From Spirochaetia bacterium (lineage in GTDB: Bacteria; Spirochaetota; Spirochaetia; WTKD01; G963693115): 64,000 nucleotides of DNA. Under the pieces are notes generated by a model. That model had not been told where the DNA came from, did not search any database, and saw only the letters and a program-made list of their open reading frames with translations. Shown here piece by piece: positions 61,973 through 64,000 of this stretch (the stretch's first letter is position 1; each line of letters starts with the position of its first letter). The position numbers were made by a program, and so were the translations under genes. The stretch covers positions 544,001-608,000 of the forward strand of contig CBDDCA010000005.1 of assembly GCA_965226055.1 (NCBI GenBank), given 5' to 3'.

Positions 61973-64000
61973 CATTATCACTCGTATGTTCTTGCATACC
62001 ATCCATCTTTCTCTGCACTAACACATCAAATAACTCATCCTCTTCCTTTTTCTGTGTCACTGGAACTAATTCGGCATTACGCAAATAATATATATAACAA
62101 CATATATGTGTGTTCTCTACTGCAGGAAACATTTTTTTTGCAGCAAGTTCATAAGAAGAAAGCTGTAAAAAATGACTCTCAGGATACCGATATGAATCAA
62201 CCTTAAAATCCACTACATATACTTTTTCTTTATCATATACAAGAAAATCAATAATACCGTTTAACCATACACCGTGTTTTTTATTCCATAACAAAAACGG
62301 ACTTTCAGTTTTCCTTATTGCGTCACTTGAAAATCCCCTATAAAAAGATGATGCTACAAACTTATACATAAGCTCTTTTGCCGTGTCAATAAATAGCTTT
62401 TGTTCATCATCGCGTAGGGTAGCAAGTACACGAGCAAGTTTGCGATTAGCCTGTTCGGGCTTTATGTGTCTTTCTGAGATATACTCGCTTATCAGGGCAT
62501 GACAGTACACACCAAAATCAGAGTATATCTTGTATTTCTTCAGTATTGCTTCACATGGTAAATCTGGAAGATGAAAACTTTTATCATAATCTTGTTGCTT
62601 TGTATAATAGGGAGATTTTGATGTTACAAACTCAATAACTCTCGTCTTCTCTGTAGACACCTCACTTTCTTGCAACGCAGTATCAATGCTCTTTTTCGTG
62701 CTTGTTGTGTGAACATACTGATTACTCAGAAGCTCCTTTGCTTGTACTTCTATTTCAGACAACATACTATTATTGACCAACATATGTATACTATCAAAAG
62801 AACGATTATCGGCATGATCAGAACCATGAGCATGGGTATGAGAGCTACTAGTAAATGGTAATGTAGTAAGCACAGTCTGTAAATAGTCAAGAAATGTACT
62901 GTGTTTTACTGTACCTTCATCAAAAAAAGATGGCTTTGCATATGCTCCACTGAGAAACAAACGCTCTTTTGCACGTGTCATAGCAACATACAATATACGC
63001 AATGGCTCGCCAGCTTGTCTATCCTCATCAAAGAGGAGAAAAGCAGTATTCATAATATCATTATCGTTCTGAGAAGTATCGTTAGTACGCAAAAGCTTAT
63101 GCGTACTAACGATACTCTTCTTATGTTCACTTGAGGACACATTCGAAGAAGATGATACAGAAGAAAGCGTTTGAGGTAAGCGCATAACCACCTGCTGTGC
63201 ATGAATGTTCACCTTATGCTTTGAAGGAGGAAAAATCTTGCTTCCCAATCCCATAACAAATACCACAGGAAACTCTAATCCTTTTGAAGCATGAATAGTC
63301 ATGATTTGCACCCCCGAACCTTGTGTACTCACATCACTGATAGGAGTAGTATGGGAAGAAATGCCATTATATACATCTAAGTTATTTCGTAGCATAGTAT
63401 GAGTATGTACTATCCCTCCTCCTTCCTGCTGTTGCTGTAAAAAAGAACGCAACACATAATAGGTATCAAGAAAACTATGATAGTTTGGATATGCTAATAT
63501 TGTGTACCTATATCCACACCGTAACCAAAAATCATCTAATATATCAACTGCCACCCCATCCTTTAACAATGTCTTAGCTTCATTATATCGCTCATGTAAA
63601 ACATGCACATGCTGTATTGCTTGGGCATACTGCAAATCTTTCTGTAACTCCTGTGGTATTGTAAAAATATCATTGTTCTCTAACAACAGAGATAGCACCA
63701 CAGAATCAGATATATTAGCAAGAGGACTTCGCAACACCGCTGCATATGCGCTTCTATCTTCAGGGTATAACAATAAGCTAAACCACGCATAAAAATCAAA
63801 CCCTATATCCATACGAAGCCCCATACCAGCTTCATTGATACTATAAGGAATACTGAGTATAGTAAAATATTTTAACAAATAAGGAAACATATTTTTGTTT
63901 TTACTCAACACCGCAATATCCTCATATGCGTATTTTTTCTCTTTCCATAACGATTGTATATTTCGAGCAATATCGTATGCTTCTAGCTCTTTAGAAGAAA
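61956..64000 (-). CDS. AddA/UvrD-like helicase-nuclease, C-terminal part (5' end beyond window)
   Basis: Frame open to the edge (EDIAVL); MTIHASKGLEF, YVAMTRAK, GIID...DFK PD-(D/E)xK nuclease motif. Confidence 0.9.
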   Translation of the reverse strand, partial: SSKELEAYDIARNIQSLWKEKKYAYEDIAVLSKNKNMFPYLLKYFTILSIPYSINEAGMGLRMDIGFDFYAWFSLLLYPEDRSAYAAVLRSPLANISDSVVLSLLLENNDIFTIPQELQKDLQYAQAIQHVHVLHERYNEAKTLLKDGVAVDILDDFWLRCGYRYTILAYPNYHSFLDTYYVLRSFLQQQQEGGGIVHTHTMLRNNLDVYNGISSHTTPISDVSTQGSGVQIMTIHASKGLEFPVVFVMGLGSKIFPPSKHKVNIHAQQVVMRLPQTLSSVSSSSNVSSSEHKKSIVSTHKLLRTNDTSQNDNDIMNTAFLLFDEDRQAGEPLRILYVAMTRAKERLFLSGAYAKPSFFDEGTVKHSTFLDYLQTVLTTLPFTSSSHTHAHGSDHADNRSFDSIHMLVNNSMLSEIEVQAKELLSNQYVHTTSTKKSIDTALQESEVSTEKTRVIEFVTSKSPYYTKQQDYDKSFHLPDLPCEAILKKYKIYSDFGVYCHALISEYISERHIKPEQANRKLARVLATLRDDEQKLFIDTAKELMYKFVASSFYRGFSSDAIRKTESPFLLWNKKHGVWLNGIIDFLVYDKEKVYVVDFKVDSYRYPESHFLQLSSYELAAKKMFPAVENTHICCYIYYLRNAELVPVTQKKEEDELFDVLVQRKMDGMQEHTSDNVIEMR

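Overview
This is an AT-rich (roughly one-third GC by eye) chromosomal window from a spirochaete. The evidence is a spiro-SPASM gene, an FAxG-type solute-binding signal peptide, a Borrelia-like BamD and the rplU-prp-rpmA-obgE-nadD-yqeK-LCP-rsfS gene order. Housekeeping blocks (pdxH, mutY, trpS, pdhABC-lpdA, msrB, xseAB, ribosomal/obg operon, AddA/UvrD-like helicase) alternate with accessory regions. These are: two tandem giant BspA/DUF285-repeat lipoproteins, a 1708-aa Fn3+BspA lipoprotein, two tandem Fn3-like lipoproteins, a sugar ABC transporter with an apparently kinase-free oxidative pathway, a lone NYN RNase, and a two-gene insert carrying an orphan adenine methyltransferase. The best leads are: (1) an NYN nuclease with a promoter-short RNA-terminator-ORF layout like an RNA-antitoxin system; (2) cassette-like diversification of BspA repeat arrays; (3) an SDR/lactonase/UxuA-like/RraA-like sugar pathway; (4) a xanthine-dehydrogenase-like trio lacking cofactor ligands; (5) a dispersed 20-32 bp motif at accessory loci. 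pdhA is split by a 1-bp deletion in a G run. I recognised no tRNA, rRNA, CRISPR array, transposase or reverse transcriptase. All calls come from reading motifs by eye; no searches were run.
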